Position numbers and translations under genes: made by a program. Positions 14,215 to 27,769 of a stretch of 64,000 bases of DNA are shown here, piece after piece (within the stretch, counting starts at the first letter, position 1; each line of letters begins with the position of its first letter). Origin of the DNA: Octopus vulgaris (taxonomy: Eukaryota); contig OX597827.1 in NCBI GenBank assembly GCA_951406725.2, positions 7,192,001 to 7,256,000 of the forward strand, given 5' to 3'. The notes beneath the pieces are model-generated. The model was given only the letters and a program-made list of their open reading frames with translations, was not told the DNA's origin and did no database searches.

Positions 14215-14889
14215 TATTGATGATAATAAGTGCTTTGAGCAAGTCTCTCTTCAGCTGTGCAGATACTGACTGGACAATGGGGTGTTACACTGCAGTTCAT
14301 GTAATTCAGTATTGCTTGTTGAGGTGTACTGTAGTTCTCAAATAGGTAAAAATGTGATATACAGGTATCAAAAAGTTCTCGGTTTGTTATGTTTAATAAA
14401 AAATAACTCATTTACCTAAGTTTTAGCATAATCTCCTTCAAAATAGTCACCTTGCGCAACAATACATCAGTCCCAGCTTTCCTGCCACTTTTGGAAGCTG
14501 ACCTGGAAGTCGTTTCCTGTTAGCAAATCGAAGACCTTCTGCGATTCACCTTGGATCTCGACAATGGTGCTAAAACAATGATCTTTGAGCTTCATTTTCA
14601 TCTTAGGGAAGAGACAGAAGTCTACAGGCAAATAAGCTGGGTGTGTAAGTGATACCATGTTGGTTTTGGTGAGAAACTCACAAGAGAGGAGAGCTCAGTG
14701 ACAGGGTGTATTGTTGTCATGAAGGCTCCAATACTCCGTGCTCCACAGATCTGGTTGCTTTCATCATGTGTCCCCACTCAAATGCTTCAAAACGTCACAG
14801 CAGAATTCTTGATTGATGATCAAGGCCTGGAGGATGAATTCTCAATGCACAATACTGCAGATGTCAGAAAAAATAATGAGCATGCTAAA

Positions 14890-15056
14890 AGGAGTGGCTG
14901 TGTGGTAAGTAGCTTGCTTACCAACCACATGGTTCTGGGTTCAGTCCCACTGCGTGGCATCTTGGGCAAGTGTCTTCTGCTATAGCCCCAGGTCGACCAA
15001 AGCCTTGTGAGTGGATTTGGTAGACGGAAACTGAAAAGAAGCCTGTTGTATATATG

Positions 15057-15093
<37 letters not shown>

Positions 15094-15311
15094 TTGTGTG
15101 TCTGTGTTTGTCCCTCTAGTATTGCTTGACAACCGATGCTGGTGTGTTTATGTCCCCGTAACTTAGCTGTTCGGCAAAAGAGACTGATGGAATAAGTACT
15201 AGGCTTACAAAGAATAAGTCCCGGGGTCGAGTTGCTCAACTAAAGGTGGTGCTCCAGCATGGCCACAGTCAAATGACTGAAACAAGTAAAAGAGTAAAAG
15301 AGAAAAAGAGT
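14890..15311 (+). mobile_element. SINE family A (nested in mariner)
   Basis: Full head-to-tail copy. Confidence 0.9.
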
Positions 15312-15466
15312 ATGCTCTTGACTGAACAGCAGCTTTGTTTCTTCACTTTTGAAGTGCCCATGCCTCTTGAAACATTGCGTACAACCCATTATCTCATTGT
15401 TGTAAGCTTGCTGAAATATGCCCAATGTCTCCGTAGCAGACTTCCCAAGTATAACACCAAATTTCA

Positions 15467-15673
15467 TTCTTTTATTCTTTTACTTGTTTCAGTCATTTGA
15501 CTGTGGCCATGCTGGAGCATCGCCTTTTAGTCGAGCAAATCAACCCCAGGATTTATTCTTTGTAAGCCTAGTACTTATTCTATCAGTCTCTTTTGCTGAA
15601 CCGCTAAGTTACAGGGACGTAAACACACCAGCATCGGTTGTCAAGTGATGTTGGGAGGACAAACACAGATACA

Positions 15674-15737
<64 letters not shown>

Positions 15738-15905
15738 CATATATACGACGGGCTTCTTTCAGTTTCCGTCTACCAAATCCAATCACAAGGCTTTGGTCGG
15801 CCCGAGGCTATAGTAGAAGACACATGCCCAAGGTGCCACACGGTGGGACTGAACCCGGAGCCATGTGGTTGGTAAGCAAGTTACTTACCACACAGCCACT
15901 CCTGC
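15467..15905 (-). mobile_element. SINE family A (nested in mariner)
   Basis: Reverse-complement full copy. Confidence 0.9.
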
Positions 15906-16280
15906 TGTTCTTCGCTCCAACTTGCTGTCCATGACAAAAATCACAGACTACAACATGCACACGACCACAAAAACACAGATGTCATAATTTTCAAAGTAAA
16001 CAAAGTGAAGTCACATGGCACACTACCCCCATAAAGGTCACTGCCATCCCTCACTGAACACACAACCCTTTGCTGCCATCTGTTAGTGTGCTACAGAACT
16101 AGTCTGAGAGCTTTTTGATACCACCTTGTAAATTGGAAAAAACAAGTTTGAGGATTGTGGTGGAACATTTAACATGCATGCTACAGGACTGCTTTGTTAG
16201 AGCTGGTTTAGGACTATACAACAATAACAGCCATATATTTAATTTATCTTTAACATAAACACATTCCTCATTAAAATGAC

Positions 16281-16491
16281 TACTCTTTTACTCTTTTACT
16301 TGTTTCAGTCATTTGACTGCGGCCATGCTGGAGCACGCCTTTAGTCAAGCAAATCGACCCCGGGACTTATTCTTTTGTAAGCCCAGTACTTATTCTATTG
16401 GTCTCTTTTGCCGAACCACTAAGTAACGGGGACATAAACACACCAGCATCGGTTGTCAAGCAATGCTAGGGGGACAAACACAGACACACAA

Positions 16492-16528
<37 letters not shown>

Positions 16529-16701
16529 CATATATACGACGGGCTTCTTTCAGTTTCCGTCTACCAAATCCACTCACAAGTCATTGGTCGGCCCGGGGCT
16601 ATAGCAGAAGACACTTGCCCAAAGATGCCACGCAGTGGGACTGAACCCGGAACCATGTGGTTGGTATGCAAGCTACTTACCACACAGCCCCTCCTGCGCC
16701 T
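16281..16701 (-). mobile_element. SINE family A
   Basis: Reverse-complement full copy. Confidence 0.9.
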
Positions 16702-17048
16702 ATTATTTCAGTGTATTATTTCAGTTAAACTTTCTTATTCCTTTCATATAGGAAAATCTATTTTCCAAACAAGATGTCCTATTAGAAAACATTAACAGCT
16801 GAACGTTAAACAAGTTAACAAACTTCTTTGCTATTTGTTCAACCAAATATGCATAAATGAAGGATTGTGCCTTATTTACATAAATATAATGATATAACTA
16901 CAGCAATTCCAAAGACAATCATTTAAGACTTTTGTTGCCATATTTCTGTTGAAATATACTGCATGCGTTTCAAATAATTTTGAAAATAATAAAGAATTTA
17001 ATAAAATAAATCTGTCATTATTAAGTTTGTTGTTCAGAACATAAATTA

Positions 17049-17530
17049 AAAGGCGGTGAACTGGCAGAAACGTTAGCATGTTGGGCGAAATGCTGAGCAG
17101 TATTTTGTCTGCCGCTATGTTCTGAGTTCAAATTCCGCCGTGGTCGACTTTACCTTTCATCCTTTCGGGGTCGATTAAATAAGTACCAGTTACACACTGG
17201 GGTCGATATAATCGTCTTAATCTTTTTGTCTGTCCTTGTTTGTCCCCTCTATGTTTAGCCCCTTGTGGGCAATAAAGAAATAAGAAACATTAGCAAAGGC
17301 GGCAAGGTGGCAGAAACGTTAGCACGCTGGGCGAAATGCTTATCAGTATTTTGTCTGCTGCTACGTTTTGAGTTCAAATTCCGCCGAGGTTGACTTTACC
17401 TTTCATTCTTTAGGGGTTGATAAATTAAGTACCAGTTACACACTGGGGTCGATGTAATTGACTTAATCCTTTTGTCTGTCCTTGTTTGTCCTCTCTATGT
17501 TTAGCCCCTTGTGGGCAATAACGAAATAAA
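17049..17530 (+). mobile_element. SINE family B (Meta-domain-like), tandem dimer
   Basis: Two ~240-bp units AAGGCGG..GGCAGAAACGTTAGCA..GAGTTCAAATTCC..CCTTTCATCCTTTCGGGGTCGA..AGTACCAG..TAAAGAAATAAG. Confidence 0.85.
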
Positions 17531-17595
17531 GAACATGAATTGATATGAAATTTTGATGAAAGGCGCTGGTTCTATGATACAAGCATTCTGCTCTA

Positions 17596-17825
17596 ACCCA
17601 TTAGCATTTAAACTAGTCATATCCAGCCCATTTATTCTACCCGTTCTATGTCAAACCAGCCAGATCTAGCCTATCGCACCTACCCGTCAATGTCATTCTA
17701 AAAATATGCATTCACATCATCAAAATTTCAAAGCTAAAAAGTAATGCATGATTAATTTAAATGTTAATGGGTTAGAGCAGAATGTTTGTATCATTGACAG
17801 AATAATTTCAATGCTAAATGGTTAA
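17596..17825. mobile_element. piggyBac-like MITE (second copy ~12822-13150)
   Basis: Ends TAACCCATTAGCATT...AATGCTAAATGGTTAA; internal sequence (GCCAGATCT..AATGTCATTCTAAAA) is shared with the 12822 copy. Confidence 0.55.
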
Positions 17826-17882
17826 AATGATCTAAAGATACTAGCCTTTAGATATCTAAATTTCATAAACGATGATTTTGAT

Positions 17883-18321
17883 ACTCTTTACTCTTTTACT
17901 CTTTTACTCGTTTATTTGTTGCTGAGACCCCCTTCAGTTCTGATTGACCATGCTGGATTGCACCCCTTTAGTCGAGCAAATCGAGTCCCGGGACTTATTC
18001 TTTGTAAGCCCAGTACTTATTCTATCAGTCTCTTTTGCCGAACCGTTATCTAAGTGACGGGGACGTAAACACACCAGCATCAGTTGTCAAGCAATGCTAG
18101 GAGGACAAACACAGGCACACAAAAATACACACACATATATATATATATACATATATACGACAGGCTTCTTTCAGTTTCCGTCTACCAAATCCACTCACAA
18201 GGCATTGGTCGGCCCGGGGCTATAGCAGAAGACACTTGCCCAAGGTGCCACGCAGTGGGACTGAACCCAGAACCATGTGGTTGGTAAGCAAGCTACTTAC
18301 CACACAGCCACTTCTGCGCCT
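17883..18321 (-). mobile_element. SINE family A
   Basis: Reverse-complement full copy. Confidence 0.9.
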
Positions 18322-20049
18322 GATGATATTTATGATGATGATGATATTTAAAATTTATAAAGATGTATTTAATTCTATTTAATCGTATTTTCTTCTTGGG
18401 TACAGTAAGGTACCAGACATCTCAGTCCTTCATGTACTCAAGAAGATCTGTCCCTCCAAAGCAGAAGTGCTTCTCCTGATAAAGAGAATTGGCCTGTAGG
18501 AGTCCTGTGCTAGTGTCATGCAAAAAGCATTAAGGCCAATGCCACATCAAAGCGCTCATTCTGGTGACACATTAAAATGCACTCAGCACACACTGTAAAG
18601 TGGTTGGCATTAGAAAGGGCATCCAGCTGTAGAAACAAGGCCACATCAGACTGGAACCTGGCGCAGCTCTCTGGCTTACCAGCTCTGGTCAAACCATCCA
18701 ACTCGTGCCAGCATGGAAAATGGATATTAAAAGATGATGGTGATTATGACGGATGATGAAAGTATTTCCACCAATGCTCCAAAAGAATTTGAAGGTTATA
18801 ACTCATTCCTGCCACCAGATAACTAAATCTCTTTAAACTATGAATATGATAATTTCTTACAAAGGATGAAAACCAGAAATTTGCAGGAGGGAATAATAGA
18901 TTAAATCAACCCCAGTATATGACTGGTACTGTATTTCATTGAACCTGGAAGAATGAAAAGCAAATTTGGCCTCAATAGGATTTGAACTTAGAGCTTACAG
19001 AGCCAGAACAAATATTGATTTCAAATTTTGACACAAGGCTGGCAATTTTGGGGTAAGTGGTAAGTCAATTATATCAACCCCAGTATTCAACTGGTACTTA
19101 TTTTATTGATCCTGAAAGGTCGAAAGGCAAAGTCAACCTCAGCAGAATTTGAACACAGAACATAAAAATAGATAAAATGCCACAAAGCATTTTACCTGAT
19201 GCAGTGACGATTCTGTTAGTTCCACTGCCTTACAGCCAGAACAAATATTGTGAAGCATCTTTTTCTGATGCTCCAATGAGACCACCAATCCACTATTCAC
19301 TTCTGTAGGCTTTAAATATCAGCCTACAAAACAGATGATATTACAATACTGTACCCGCACAATATTTAGCCCCCTATTCATGCCAGTTATTTCATAAGGG
19401 ATCTTGTAAAATAAGGCATTTAACTCCATAACAAACAAGCCAACTGTTTTGCCTCAGGTATGAGGATAATGCATTTGTCACCCATCTCTTAAATCTAAGG
19501 AGATTAAAGGACTCATAAACAAGCCAGAAGTTAAGTCTGTTCTTAAATTGACACGTGGCCCTAGTATTAATTATAAACCCACGTTGTCTTTCTTTCTTTT
19601 TTTTTTTTTGGTATTTGAATATGAATGATTTTCATGTTAAACTTACAACTACAATCTGTGACTGGATGATCATTAAAATCCTCAGGTTCAGCTTTCTGGA
19701 AGAAATCTAAATTTTGCATTCTTGGTAAAAAAAGAAAGGAAAAACATTGATGATTGCATAATATTATATTTATACTAATGAACTTAGATTGTTACAAAAA
19801 TATCTTATAAAAGGTCAGTTTATATATGTTTATTTTGCATTTTAACAATTAAAATTTCATGATAAATATAATCACATTTTTCCTCAAAGTATGGAGAAGT
19901 GTATAATATACTCTCGAAGTGAAGCATATACATAACTCATTGTCTTCATCGTTGTCAGTGGTGTCATTGGCAGCATCACCATCAGCATTATCATGGTCAT
20001 CATGATCATCATTAGCAGTAGCAGAAGCGATAATAGAAATGGTAGCTCG

Positions 20050-20266
20050 AGCGGCGAGCTAGCAGAAATGTTAGCATGCCGGACGAAATGCTTAACGTTC
20101 TAAGTTCAAATTCCGCCGAGGTCGACTTTGCCTTTCATCCTTTCGGGGGTCGATTAAATAAGTACCAGTTTCGCACTGGGGTCGATATAATTGACTTAAT
20201 CCGTTTGTTTGTCCTTGTTTGTCCCCTTTGTGTGTAGCCCCTTGTGGGCAGTAAAGAAATAAGAAA
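20050..20266 (+). mobile_element. SINE family B
   Basis: Same body as the 17049 units. Confidence 0.85.
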
Positions 20267-20761
20267 TGGTAGTAGATTTGAACTATTACCAGCGAACTAT
20301 TAGTAAAATCTTTCCTGTTTCGCTATTTCAGATGCACAGGCGCGTGCACACACACACACATGCACACACACAGGACAGGCTTGTTTCAGTTTCCATGTAT
20401 CAAATCCATTTAATCCTTCCTCCACAATACACACACACACAGAGCTTCTAATAAAATCTACACAGCTCTAATATATTGAAGGTATGTTCCATCTGTAAAC
20501 AAAAGAATCTATCTATCTATCTTTCTATCTATCACACAGTCTATTTGTCTGTCTGTATGTATGATTGTGTGTGTATGCAACCATGCATGTGTGTGAATAT
20601 ATACATCTGTATATACATACATACATGTATACTGGCACATGCACCACACACACACAATCAATATATATATATATATGAATATGAATATGCATGTATGTGT
20701 GTATATATATATGCATATATATGTATATATATATATAGGTATATGTATATATATATGCATA

Positions 20762-20804
<43 letters not shown>

Positions 20805-20833
20805 GTATATATATACACATTCATTTATGTATA

Positions 20834-20882
<49 letters not shown>

Positions 20883-20892
20883 TCATTTATAC

Positions 20893-20945
<53 letters not shown>

Positions 20946-21475
20946 CATATATGTATATACATATACACACATTTATTCATCCACGCACACATACACACAC
21001 ACATACATTCATACATGCTTAACATACATGTATAGCGAGTGATTGGTGACAAGAGTGACTAAACAGATCTTTGGTGGTAACGCAGTGACACACCAAATCC
21101 CATGGCCGACGACTGCAAGGCTGGTTCTTCCGTTTAGGTTCAATAAAATACAATAAATAAATAAATGAATGAATGAATAAATATCAGATCAAGGAAGGGG
21201 AGAGATGGGAAGATAAACACTAAATATATTATCTGGCAGTGGTGAGCATATGCTGCTTCATGGATGCTAGTGGTGTAATCCATGTCATGTCGGATAATAA
21301 TTTCTCATAGTTGGTGATGGTGATGGTGATGGTGGTGGTGGAGAGGAAGAAGAAGATGAAAATGAAGATGAAGATGACAAAGTAAGAGGAAGAAGAAGAA
21401 ATAGAGGGTGTTTTATATACATATATGTGTGTGTGTGTGTGTGTATCTACATGGCTATTTATCTAAATATGTATC

Positions 21476-21555
<80 letters not shown>

Positions 21556-21573
21556 TATAATATATATGTATAT

Positions 21574-21797
21574 AGGCGCAGGAGTGGCTGTGTAGTAAGT
21601 AGCTTGCTTAGCAACCACATGGTTCCGGGTTCAGTCCCACTGCATGACACCTTGGACAAATGTCTTCTACTATAGCCTCGGGCCGACCAAACCTTGTGAG
21701 TGGATTTGGTAGACAGAAACTAAAAGAAGCCCATCGTATATATATACATCATCATCATCATCTTCGTTTAACGTCCGTTTTCCGCGCTAGCACAGGT

Positions 21798-21842
<45 letters not shown>

Positions 21843-22227
21843 GTTTAACGTCCGTTCTCCATGCTAGCACGGGTTGGACGGTTCGACCGGGGTTCTGGGA
21901 AGCCAGAAGGCTGCACCAGGCTCCAGTCTAATCTGGCAATGTTTCTACAGCTGGATGCCCTTCCTAACGCCTTATATATATATATATATATGCGTGTGTG
22001 TGTGTGTGCTTGTGTCTGTGTTTGTCCCCCCAACATCGCTTGACAACTGATGGTGGTGTGTTTACGTCCCCATAACTTAGCGGTTCAGCAATAAAGAATG
22101 ATTGAATAAGTACTAGGCTTACAAAGAATAAGTCCTGGGATCGATTTGCTCGACTAAAGGTGGTGCTCTAGCATGGCCACAGTCAAATGACTGAAACAAG
22201 TAAAAGAGTAAAAGAGTAAAGAGTAAA
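21574..22227 (+). mobile_element. SINE family A with a nested (GAT)n-tailed retroelement 3' end (21748-21972, minus)
   Basis: The SINE A halves are separated by a (CAT)n-CGTTTAACGTCCG...GGATGCCCTTCCTAACGCC insert. Confidence 0.85.
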
Positions 22228-22268
22228 TATATATATATATATATATATATACAACCCCTATCTCAATT

Positions 22269-22307
<39 letters not shown>

Positions 22308-22910
22308 TATAATATATATGTATATATGTATGTATCTATGTATGTATAGATATAGATAGATAGATATGTAATCTGTACACATATATATACATATGTATAT
22401 TACACACACATACATTTATGTGTATGTATATGTAGATTATATATGTGTCTGTCTATCTATAATCCCTCTTTCTCTCTCTCTATATATATTTATACATATG
22501 CATGTGTGTGTGTGTGTATATGTGATTGTATGTGTGGAGGTGTTGTTTGTATATGTGTGTATGTTTGTGTTATACACAAAGTCATGTCAAACAATAAAAG
22601 AAGTAGAAGAAAGGAAAGAGGACAATGAGTGTGGAAAATATGAACACGATATTCCTTCCTGATTGATAGGGTGGGAAATAGGAAGTAATTCCATTAAAAA
22701 ACATATCCTTGCTCAATTATATCCGTGTATGGGACACAGGCAGTCGGTGGGAAAATGCTCTTGTGGGTAATGGCTATGGAACAAAAAATGAGCAATCAAA
22801 AGGCCTGGGAAAAGTAATTAAAAAGACAAGCAAAATAAAATGATATCAAAGTATAAATATGTATGTATGTGTGTGTGTGTGTGTGTGTGTGAGTGTGTGT
22901 GTGTGTGTGT

Positions 22911-22987
<77 letters not shown>

Positions 22988-23399
22988 TGTGTGAGTGTGT
23001 GTGTGTGTATGTGTGTGTGTGTGTGTATGCAAATATGCAAATGTGTGTGCACAATTACTCCCTCTCCCGTATCAAATAAGAAGAATAATATTCTTATTAT
23101 TATCATATGGGAAAATATATTTGCATGGTGTATGTATATATATTTGTGAATACACACACACACACACACATAAACACTCATACACACATGTGCACATGCA
23201 CACACACACACATATATATTTATACATACAAGTGTGTGTATAATATGCATATATGTAAGCAAATAAAAAGTTTGGTCACTACTAATTTTGAGAACAATGA
23301 CTAGTCGATGACATTATAATAAGCAGCTTCCATTGTATCAAGAGAGGCAGGTGTGGTTGAACTTATATGTTAATTAGTGTGTGTGTGTGTGTAGCTTAA

Positions 23400-24400
23400 T
23401 AACACCACCTGAGGAAGAGTTTTAATGATGTTTCATATTAGTCATTCGTTGGGCACCTTAGCCCATTTGAGTAAGGAGTTATTGTTCGCAGAGACATGTT
23501 TGGGTGTTGGTGGTTTATCTGGAACTTGTTATTCATCCAGGAACCATTTGAATGTTGTGAGATCTTTTTCTTCTCTCAAGTGTCCTGGGCCAGTCGAGGT
23601 GAAATGGTTCTGTCTCAGTTTTGTGATGTAAGCAAGATTTTTGTAGAAGATGGGTGGTGCGAGGACCAAGCCTTGGGTGAATTTTAAAATTGATGTCAGC
23701 ATCATTTGGGTTGATGTTGGAATATTTTCCACATTATGCAAATAATACAATGGAAGCACTCTGTCGGTTACGACAACGAGGGTTCTGGTTGATCCGATCA
23801 ACGGAACAGCCTGCTCGTGAAATTAACATGTAAATGGCTGAGCACTCCACAGACACGTGTACCCTTAACGTAGTTCTCGGGGATATTCAGCGTGATACAG
23901 AGAGTGACAAGGCCGGCCCCTTGAAATACAGGTACAACAGAAACAGGAAGTAAGAGTGAGAGAAAGTTGTGGTGAAAGAGTACAGCAGGGATCACCACCA
24001 TCCCCTGCCGGAGCCTCGTGAAGCTTTAGGTGTTTTCGCTCAATAAACACTCACAACGCCCGGTCTGGGAATTGAAACCGCGATCCTACGACCGCGAGTC
24101 CGCTGCCCTAACCACTGGGCCATTGCGCCTCCCCAAATGATACAACACTCATGGCAGTATCAGAGGGAACAAAGTTTTAAGTTGCTCAAGCTGATCCCAG
24201 TATTTAAGACCTGTCATGTCATCTATTTTTCATGTGATTGATTTTTGGGGTACTTCAATTTTTATAATATTTTGTTTCATATAGGGAGATTTCAGTGGAT
24301 AATGGTATTCAAGGTGAGGATGGATGAAGATGGAGAAGACAAGGGTAATGTTTGGAGCATCTCTAAACTGTAAAGTCCTGAGGATCTGGGGGCACACCCT
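23400..24400 (-). mobile_element. CR1/L2-group LINE remnant (RT C-terminus), interrupted by SINE family C
   Basis: Minus-strand remnants PHLEYHYPLKSPYMKQNIIKIEVPQKSIT and DLTTFKWFLDE resemble LEY..PVWSP....I..LE.VQ...T and the terminal FK..LD motif. Confidence 0.6.
23751..24132 (-). mobile_element. tRNA-derived SINE family C
   Basis: Head GGAGGCGCAATGGCCCAGTGGTTAGGG..GGTTTCAATTCC; near-identical copy at 47956; TSD CAAATRATACAA. Confidence 0.9.
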
Positions 24401-25828
24401 GTAGATCATGCTGACTGCTTCAAATTTTGGCAAAAAGCCAAAATTTGAGAACATTATTTTGAAGGGAGGGAGCAAGTGAATTACATTGATTCAAGTACTA
24501 GATTGGTACTTATTTCATTGATCCCAGAAGAATGATAGGCAATGTTGACCTCAATGGAATTTGAACTCAGAATGGAAGAAATAATGACAAGCATTTTGTC
24601 TGACATGCTAACAATTCTGTCAGCTCAGTATTTTATAATATACATACACACACTCACACACATATGCATATGTGTGTATATATATATATATATATACACA
24701 CACACTAGCAATGCATCCCAGCGTTGCCCGGGTGTTATGACCTACAGCCAAATTCTGTTATTTGTTCATTTCTTATGGGTAGAATCAGTTGATATATAGT
24801 GAACTGGATTACTGGTGTAATGGAAGTTATTGTTTGTTTAAAAGGGAAGGTGGAGAGGGTACAATTTGGATGGGTTTGCATGAAAGTGCTTTCTGTTCTT
24901 AAGAAGGATCACAAACTATGTATTGTTTCATCTTATGAAAGTGGTTTAAAACAATTTTGCCTAGAAATCACAGTTTCAAAATTTTCGTTTCTCTATGTCC
25001 CCACTGCTATTTCTTAATTTGTAACTTTTTATGAATTTCTTTTTTTTTATATTCATGTAGAAAAATACAGATTACAAATCTAGGAAATATATTTTTTTTT
25101 AAAGTTTAAATTTTCTTAAAGCAACACTCAATGCCCCTTCCCCCACCTCACCCACCCATCACCTACCCACTATCAAAAAGCTAAAAACACCCAATGTTTC
25201 ACTTTCATCTGATGTTTCACACATGCATAGAATTATACTGAAATAGCAGACGTAAAAAGTATTAGAGCACCACCTGAAAACCTGACATGCTAGAAACAAC
25301 AGGTAAATGACATTATTTCTGAAGATGCTTTCCAAAAAGCTAAAAGTGAAACATTGGGAGTTGTAGCTTTTTGAAAAAGGTGAGGTGATGAGTGAATGTT
25401 TGGGAAGGAGATTTTAGTGTTCTTTAAGAAAAAAGAAGAAAATTCTTACAGAATCATACTCTCTGTTTTTTCTCCATGGATTACCAAGAAAAAATTTCGA
25501 AAAATTTTTAAAAATGAAGAAATTGGGATGGAGAGGGAGAAAATCAAAATATTGAGAACTTGTTTTTTGGGCGAAATCCTAATCTCCTGTATTGAAAACA
25601 TAGGAATCAGAAGAAATTTAGAAAAAAGATCAAGGGTAGGGCACAAATGTCACCTCGGACATGCTAGAAACAACAGGTAAAGGACAGGATTTCTGGATAT
25701 CAAAGATCTGGTTTTTAAATACACTCATCGTAAACAAGCATTACAGAATAGAAAAAGGTGATTTCAAATGGATTTGAGCTGTAGTTTGGCACTTGCACTT
25801 AGCAAGAAATAACATAATTCATACAGTT

Positions 25829-25865
<37 letters not shown>

Positions 25866-27094
25866 CAGAGGAGTTATCTTATGTCATTCTTTTGTTTGAA
25901 GCAGCAAAGTTTTCAGCTCAATCATATGGTCGATGATATGGGATCATATGATAGTTAATTTCCATAATTTTTTTTTTTTCATTTCGTTATGCTTTGAAGA
26001 GAGCAGAAATTGAAAGAGAGGAGAAAGTGAAAGATGTATGTACATGTATATGAAATGGATGTGTGTTTGTGTGTGTGTGTGCATGTGTGTGTGTGAGAGA
26101 GAGAGTGAATAAAAGTGTGTGTTGTCATGTATGTATTTTTTTGCATGTATGTGTAAGTGGCACTCACTTTCTCACACTCTCTCTCTCGCGCACACACACA
26201 CAGCTTTCATATACATATGCATACATCTTTTTTGCATGTATGTGTGCATGTGCATGTGAGAGAGAAAGTGAGTGTCTGTATTTCCTCATAACATATAGAG
26301 AAATGGTGGCCTTTTAAGGTACACACTCATATAGAAAGTGTGATGTCATTGTCCTCGTGGTATAAAATGTTGTTTAGGATAGCTGAATAATAGAAAGATT
26401 ATAATGTTAAATTTTTGTAATGCAAATATGTAAATGAAAATAAAGTTTATTTGTTAGCTGAAAGATTACTGAATCTTTTGATACCCCACACATCAAAATT
26501 GGCAACTCAGTTTTTGAATGTATTCATCAATTTCTGTAAATTTAAAAAATTTCTTTATGCTTTGAAGAAAGCAGAAATTGAAAGAGAAGAGAAAGTGAAA
26601 TGGCAGCATTTGCTTTGAAGTGAGAGCAGAAAGTGAAAGAGAGAAGATGTATATACATGTATATCAAATGGACTTGTGTGTGTGTGTGTGTGCGTGCGTA
26701 TGTGTGTGTGCATGTGCATGAGAGAGAGAGTGAGTGAGTGAAGGTGTGTGGTGTCATGTATGTATTTTGTTACATATATGTGTAGGTGGTACTCATTTGG
26801 TCTCTCTCTCTCTCTCTCTCTCTCTCTGTCATACACATACATCTTTCGTATACACGTACATAAATACATATACATACATCTTTTTGTATATGTGTGTATG
26901 TGAATGTGAGAGAGAGAGAGAGCGAGTGACTGCATTTCATCATAACATATAGAGGAATGTATGTCTTTTAAGGTACTCACTCCTATAGAAAGTGTGACAA
27001 CATCGTCATTATTGTCATGGTATAAAATGTTTTCAATAGTTGACTTATAGAAAAGATTATAATGTAAAATGTATTATTTGAGATATATAGAATA

Positions 27095-27495
27095 CTAGCA
27101 GTATCGCCCGGCGTTGCTCGGGTTTGTAAGGGAAATAACTATATAAGCATTTTTAGAGATGTAAAATATAATAGCCATCTCAATATGGCTAACCACAAAA
27201 GGGGGGGGGGTGTTACTGTAGCTTTTTACGTTCCGAGGTTTAATAATAAATTTTTAGAGTGTTACTTCCCTTATATATGCCAAAAATGCATTAAAAAATG
27301 GGAAAAATTGATGGTAAATTTTTTTAAAAATCGTAGACTCATCGTAGACGTGCGCTAATACCCAGAAGGGCTCGATATGAATCACAACTATAAGATACCT
27401 GGTTTTGGTTAAACTGCACCGCAAAATGTGGGAGTAGTTAGGAATCTAAATCGTAGGAGACAGACAGCACACAACCTCACTTTTATATATAAAGA
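27095..27495 (-). mobile_element. Non-autonomous Helitron
   Basis: 5' TC(TTTATATATAAAA), 3' hairpin CCCGAGCAACGCCGGG followed by CTAG, inserted between A and T with no TSD. Confidence 0.9.
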
Positions 27496-27673
27496 TATTT
27501 CCATAGTTGTAGATTCTATTTACTTAATTATTTTGTCCATTATAATTTTGTTGTTTCTTAATTGTAATTGTTATGTAGTTGAAAAGTTAACACTCACACT
27601 CATAGTACATAGGAATTTGATTTAATTTTTTTATAATCTAGCCCTCCTTTCACATGGAATTTCGTCTGTCTAT

Positions 27674-27769
27674 AAACCAAAGCTCTGAAGAGACTTATAG
27701 AAGTGGAGATGTATTCTTTATAAATCAAATAATGTATATAAGTTGAAACAAATTGTTGGCTATTTTGGT
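27674..27769 (+). ncRNA. Type I hammerhead ribozyme motif in a probable solo Penelope pseudo-LTR
   Basis: AGCT-CTGAAGA-GACTTATA..(37 nt)..TATAAGTT-GAAAC-AAATT-GTT^GGCT; stems I, II and III can all pair. Confidence 0.6.

Larger units (their letters stand above)
14360..16130 (-). mobile_element. Decayed Tc1/mariner transposon interrupted by two SINEs
   Basis: TIR-like ends GGTATCAAAAAG / CTTTTTGATACC with TA termini. Minus-strand transposase remnants: KFGVILGKSATETL (N-term HTH), HDN-like motif, PVDFCLFPKMKMKLK...FQKWQESWD (C-term). Confidence 0.85.

Noticed and set aside
24040-24132. Possible tRNA genes at SINE heads (also 48250-48337, 51153-51225, 11421)
   Set aside because: A and B boxes are present but run directly into SINE bodies with TSDs; no clean cloverleaf or terminator.
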